Below, in pieces: positions 25,900 through 29,384 of a stretch of DNA of 29,384 nucleotides. The notes beneath the pieces were generated by a model. That model was not told the origin of the DNA. It was given only the letters and a program-made list of their open reading frames with translations, and ran no database searches. The translations under genes and the position numbers were made by a program. The stretch lies in IMG/VR virus record IMGVR_UViG_3300047457_000779, positions 1-29,384 of that record. One strand, written 5' to 3'. Each line of letters opens with the position of its first letter. Position 1 is the stretch's first letter. Source of the stretch: a virus. Its lineage: Duplodnaviria; Caudoviricetes.

Positions 25900-26129
25900 C
25901 GCTTCCTCCTGTGGAATGTCACGATGCCCTCGCTCACGATGAAGTACCCCTCCGGGCCGTACTCCAACCGGATGCCGAACAGTTCGTCGGCCCGGACGAT
26001 GATGTCATGCGTGGCACGGGGGGTGATTCCCCAACGCTTCGCCAGTTCCGCACGGGACCAAGGCTGTGCCCGCAGCAGCAGCACCATGTCCGCGATGCGG
26101 TCGATGAGCAGGCGGGTGTCGCTCCTCAC
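25887..26129 (-). CDS. Winged-HTH DNA-binding protein (80 aa)
   Basis: WSRAELAKRWGITPRATHDII..FGIRL...GYFI resembles HTH_11-type wHTH; GGAGG RBS, GTGA overlap. Confidence 0.7.
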   Translation of the reverse strand: MRSDTRLLIDRIADMVLLLRAQPWSRAELAKRWGITPRATHDIIVRADELFGIRLEYGPEGYFIVSEGIVTFHRRKRWSK

Positions 26130-26392
26130 AGCGTCACCTCCGTCTTCGCATGGATGGCGAGGAAGTCCGCTTCCGCGACATCGTAGGCATCGGCGGCATT
26201 GTTCCATGCCGCCTCGTTGTCGGGGTCGGCGCGGTGCAGTTCGTCGGCGGCACGGCACAAGGCGCGGGCGGCGCACGAGTCGATGCGCTTCGCAAGCAGG
26301 ACGGGGGTGAACGGGTTGGACGGGCCGCGCAGCCAGTCGGCTACGGTGCGGGTGGTGTTCGTGTGCATGAACAGGGGTACGAGGTTCAGCAT
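26126..26392 (-). CDS. Hypothetical early protein (88 aa)
   Basis: Starts at the conserved 15-mer leader. Confidence 0.7.
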   Translation of the reverse strand: MLNLVPLFMHTNTTRTVADWLRGPSNPFTPVLLAKRIDSCAARALCRAADELHRADPDNEAAWNNAADAYDVAEADFLAIHAKTEVTL

Positions 26393-26412
26393 GGCAGAGT
26401 CTCCTTGGTGGT

Positions 26413-26440
26413 TGTTTATCACTCAATCGTTTGGTGTCAA
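26413..26440 (-). promoter_or_regulatory. Sigma70-like promoter
   Basis: CCCTTGACA-16-TAAACA. Confidence 0.6.
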
Positions 26441-26764
26441 GGGTCGGAGGTTGATTGCTCCGTCGTTCGTCGGCTTGCGAGGAGTATCCGTATCAAGGTC
26501 GAACCGCCAACGAATGTATCGGACGATGCCCTCAAGTGTGTCGTACTCGGGTCCGTCGTTCATCTCGCCGCGCAGGGCTTCCTTGATCGCCCACTCATAC
26601 TCCGATCGTTCGTAAGCAGCCCATGATGCGGGGCAAGGGCAAGCAGCGAGTACGACGGCAAGCATGTCGTCCTCGTGCTTCAGATACTTGACGCGGGCCG
26701 CCATGTTTGCGTTGAGGTGTCGCTCATACGCGGCGGCAAGTTGCTTCTGTGTCGGCTTTCGCAT
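26423..26764 (-). CDS. Hypothetical early protein (113 aa)
   Basis: Starts at the conserved 15-mer leader. Confidence 0.7.
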   Translation of the reverse strand: MRKPTQKQLAAAYERHLNANMAARVKYLKHEDDMLAVVLAACPCPASWAAYERSEYEWAIKEALRGEMNDGPEYDTLEGIVRYIRWRFDLDTDTPRKPTNDGAINLRPLTPND

Positions 26765-26783
26765 GGCAGAGTCTCCTTGGTGG

Positions 26784-26972
26784 TCAGACGAGCGTGTCGG
26801 TCAGCGTGATGCCGACGAGGTTAGGGTACTTGATCGTGGGAAACAGGTCGCAGACGATTCCCCACGCATCGGCCTCGTTGCGGGCCATGACTTCAACATC
26901 CCGATGAACGAGGTTACAGAGATGGTCGGACGGGTTCGGTTCGGTAGTGATGGTGAACAGGTAGGTGTTCAT
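26784..26972 (-). CDS. Hypothetical early protein (62 aa), probable paralogue of 27411-27605
   Basis: Starts at the variant leader GGAGCCTCTGCCATG. Confidence 0.65.
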   Translation of the reverse strand: MNTYLFTITTEPNPSDHLCNLVHRDVEVMARNEADAWGIVCDLFPTIKYPNLVGITLTDTLV

Positions 26973-26991
26973 GGCAGAGGCTCCTTGTCGG

Positions 26992-27366
26992 TCAGGTGTT
27001 CGGGTCGATGCAGTTCGGGCAGAATCCGAATGGTCCTTGTTCGGCGTTGCCGCATACGCGGATCGTTGACATCGGGACGGACTTGTCGCAGCCATCGCAC
27101 GGCGCGGTGGCTTCCGGCAGCGCGTCGATGACGCGATCCTCAAGGCGGGCATCCTCGTCGGATCGCTGCATCGCGCTTTCGACCTGACGCATGGCCGCGA
27201 CGATGAACGATTCGGTCGGATCGCCGCAGTCATCGTCCGGGTACTTGTCGGCAAGCCGCTGCTTGATGTCCTGCCCGCTGACCGAGACGATGAGCAGCGG
27301 CTCGTCCGGGTGGTAGTAGCGTCGAAGGTCAGCGATGAGATCGGACGCGGTGGTGTATCGAAGCAT
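26992..27366 (-). CDS. Hypothetical early protein with C-terminal CxxC...CxxC Zn finger (124 aa)
   Basis: Conserved leader; CDGC and CPNC. Confidence 0.7.
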   Translation of the reverse strand: MLRYTTASDLIADLRRYYHPDEPLLIVSVSGQDIKQRLADKYPDDDCGDPTESFIVAAMRQVESAMQRSDEDARLEDRVIDALPEATAPCDGCDKSVPMSTIRVCGNAEQGPFGFCPNCIDPNT

Positions 27367-27386
27367 GGCAGAGTCTCCTTGCGCGT

Positions 27387-27414
27387 AGTGTATCGCGCTT
27401 TCGGTGGTTGTCAA
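27387..27414 (-). promoter_or_regulatory. Sigma70-like promoter
   Basis: CCCTTGACA-16-TACACT. Confidence 0.75.
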
Positions 27415-27605
27415 GGGCAGATGGGGCGGAGCGTGATTGCGATGAGGTCGGGGCGGTCGCGGTACAGGTCGCGGATGATGGCGCGGGCGGTCGGTTCCCC
27501 CGCGCCAGTCTCCACCTCGTAGGCGTAGTGGTCGAACGGGTCGGCGGGATCGTGCGGGCAAGACTTGACGGTCACGACATACTCGTAGGTGATGGGGTCG
27601 GGCAT
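27411..27605 (-). CDS. Hypothetical early protein (64 aa)
   Basis: GAAAGGAACACCATG leader; its TGA stop lies inside the next -35 box. Confidence 0.65.
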   Translation of the reverse strand: MPDPITYEYVVTVKSCPHDPADPFDHYAYEVETGAGEPTARAIIRDLYRDRPDLIAITLRPICP

Positions 27606-27619
27606 GGTGTTCCTTTCGG

Positions 27620-27973
27620 TCAGGCGGGCGAGAGTTCGGCGGTCAGTTCCTTCCACGCCGCGACCAGTTGCGCGGCGGCGTGGGTGCGGGCGTGGCTTGC
27701 TTCCGCGATGGCGAGGCTCGGATTGATGGCCGAATGTCCGATCGACCATCTGCCGATGTCCTCCGCATGGCAGAGCGCGGCGTGGTAGTGGACGGTCATC
27801 GCGTAGTCCTCCGCGTAGGCGACGAACGCGGAAGCGTTCGGTTCCGGGCGAGGTGGCAGCATGTCGCGGATGGCGTAGGCGGTGACGCGGGCCAGTTGCC
27901 CGCACCCGCGCATATCGGCGGCGTTCTTCCCGATCTCGGAAAACACGGAAAGCAGTCGGTCGGTGTTCATCAT
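27620..27973 (-). CDS. Hypothetical early protein (117 aa, Ala-rich helical)
   Basis: GAAAGGAACCACGCCATG leader. Confidence 0.65.
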   Translation of the reverse strand: MMNTDRLLSVFSEIGKNAADMRGCGQLARVTAYAIRDMLPPRPEPNASAFVAYAEDYAMTVHYHAALCHAEDIGRWSIGHSAINPSLAIAEASHARTHAAAQLVAAWKELTAELSPA

Positions 27974-27992
27974 GGCGTGGTTCCTTTCGTTG

Positions 27993-28295
27993 TCAGTCGA
28001 TGGAGGGGGCGGTAGCCGCGCCGAACACGGCGGCGTGGCGGTCGTGCGTGGCGGTCGCGTACCCCTTGCGGTAGAAATAGATGCGGTCGTACAGCGCGGG
28101 CTTGCTCACATACCCGCAGGTGACGGACTCGCAGCCGCGCCCGTTCGGGGCGTTGCGCTGAAGTTGCCACCCCCCGTATGCGCCTTGGAGGAAGTAGGCG
28201 GAGGGCGCGTTGTGCGCGGGGTTCGGGTTGCCGTGGACGATTTCGTTGAGGCGTTCCACGGCGGCGTATAGGTCGCGTTCGGTGATGCGTGACAT
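27993..28295 (-). CDS. Hypothetical early protein (100 aa)
   Basis: Conserved leader; RIT..DL...VERLN...Y.LQGAYGGWQL...GYVSK pattern. Confidence 0.7.
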   Translation of the reverse strand: MSRITERDLYAAVERLNEIVHGNPNPAHNAPSAYFLQGAYGGWQLQRNAPNGRGCESVTCGYVSKPALYDRIYFYRKGYATATHDRHAAVFGAATAPSID

Positions 28296-28323
28296 GGCAG
28301 AGTCTCCAGTTAGGGGGTGAGTG

Positions 28324-28551
28324 TCAGAGGCCGCAGCGTGCGGCACAAGCGTCCTCGTACATCATGTCGAAGCGGTCGGGTCCGTTGGACGGTGCAGCGT
28401 CCTGCATGGCGGCGAACCGGGCAGGGTCGGCGGTGAGTACGCGCTTACTGGTGCGGCACCAAAGGATCGGTGCGCCGCGCTTGATGCGCGTCCCGTCCAC
28501 GGCGGTGCCGGGGTAGCGGGCGGGGATGACGGTGAGCGTGGGCGTTCGCAT
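28324..28551 (-). CDS. Hypothetical early protein (75 aa)
   Basis: Conserved leader; ARYPG...G.RI..G..I.W. Confidence 0.7.
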   Translation of the reverse strand: MRTPTLTVIPARYPGTAVDGTRIKRGAPILWCRTSKRVLTADPARFAAMQDAAPSNGPDRFDMMYEDACAARCGL

Positions 28552-28596
28552 GGCAGAGTCTCCAAGTTGCGCCGGGTCATCCGGCTAGGTGAGTGT

Positions 28597-28647
28597 AGTA
28601 TATCGACTAGTTCGGGGTTGTCAAGGGGGAAAGTTGGAATTTTTTTG
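28597..28647 (-). promoter_or_regulatory. Strong sigma70-like early promoter with A-tract UP element
   Basis: AAAAAAA upstream, CCCTTGACA(28624-19)-16-TATACT(28602-597). Confidence 0.8.
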
Positions 28648-28664
28648 TACGGTGTCTGTACGGG

Positions 28665-28892
28665 TCAGAACGGGAGCCGGACCGCTCCGCCGATAACCGG
28701 AAGGCAGAACTGGTCGCGGAGGGACGATGCGCGGGCGCACGTTGCATGATCGCCGTACATCGCAACGATGCGCGGGTAGCCGCCGCGAGGGAACGCAACG
28801 CGAACGTAGCGGATGCGCGGGGCGCGGGCGGTCGGGACGTTGCGCGAGTGCAGGACGGTTCCGGCGCAGTCGCGGAGTTGGATCGTTCGCAT
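28665..28892 (-). CDS. Hypothetical basic early protein (75 aa)
   Basis: Starts at the conserved leader. Confidence 0.6.
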   Translation of the reverse strand: MRTIQLRDCAGTVLHSRNVPTARAPRIRYVRVAFPRGGYPRIVAMYGDHATCARASSLRDQFCLPVIGGAVRLPF

Positions 28893-28979
28893 GGCAGAGT
28901 CTCCAGTAGGTGCGGGTGGGTGGCACGGTGCCGCCCGTCCGGCCCCCTCCGGGAAGGGGGCGCGGCGGGGGGCAGCGGG

Positions 28980-29237
28980 TCAGGCGCGGTCAAGGTGGAC
29001 GGCTTCGATTGTTGCCCCGGGGCAGAGGTTCGCCACGCGGGCGGCGGCACGGTGCGACCGGAAGCGGTGCGCGTGTTCGCGCTTGCCCCACTCCGGTCCG
29101 CCCGTGATCGGAAGCCCGTCCCGGACAAGCCGTCCGTCCGCCACGCGGCGGTAGTATCCGGGCGGGGCGACAACGTAGGCGGGTCCATCGCGGAAGGTTT
29201 CGCGGATGATGAAGTACGAGTCGGCGGTTAGTCGCAT
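28980..29237 (-). CDS. Hypothetical early protein (85 aa)
   Basis: Variant leader GGAGAACCTGCCATG; W....AHRF.S..AA. Confidence 0.65.
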   Translation of the reverse strand: MRLTADSYFIIRETFRDGPAYVVAPPGYYRRVADGRLVRDGLPITGGPEWGKREHAHRFRSHRAAARVANLCPGATIEAVHLDRA

Positions 29238-29384
29238 GGCAGGTTCTCCGGTAGGGGGTGAGGGGGGACGGGCAACGCGCCCGCCCCCCGGCGGCATCAT
29301 TCGGCGGCGCCGTACTCCGCGCCCGTGGCGGGGCAAGTGGCGGCGACGGGGTAGGGCGTAAAGGTGACGGGGGCGGGCGCGTTG

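Larger units (their letters stand above)
26390..29249 (-). repeat. Start-associated 15-mer GGAGACTCTGCCATG, 6 exact + 2 variant copies
   Basis: + strand CATGGCAGAGTCTCC at 26390, 26762, 27364, 28293, 28549, 28890; variants at 26970 and 29235. Confidence 0.95.

Overview
A 29.4 kb segment of a GC-rich, podovirus-like tailed phage genome. No terminase, portal, capsid or integrase gene is in view. (1) 27-16709 (+): virion module with fibre/spike genes, a small holin/spanin-like membrane cassette, an Mtd-N-type tail fibre, a tail nozzle-like protein, three putative ejection proteins and a ~2300-aa polyvalent-type internal virion protein with an inserted ADP-ribosyltransferase-like domain. (2) 16710-17440: a ~730-bp apparently non-coding, hairpin-dense region containing a symmetric pair of back-to-back sigma70-like promoters. 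(3) 17441-24888 (+): metallophosphoesterase, HExxH protein, RecE-like exonuclease, ERF annealase, a tandem array of small translationally coupled genes built from two DNA-identical boxes (AERDEARR; GWDCFKEDGK*) alternating with variable segments, HTH/RHH regulators, RusA and a PD-(D/E)xK nuclease. No polymerase, primase or helicase is recognisable. (4) 24889-25330: a non-coding stretch with a degenerate tRNA-like element and a terminator. (5) 25361-29237 (-): an early-gene-like array of short ORFs, most preceded by the same 15-mer GGAGACTCTGCCATG, with repeated TTGACA-N16-TAnACw promoters. Functional calls come from motif recognition by eye; no searches were run.
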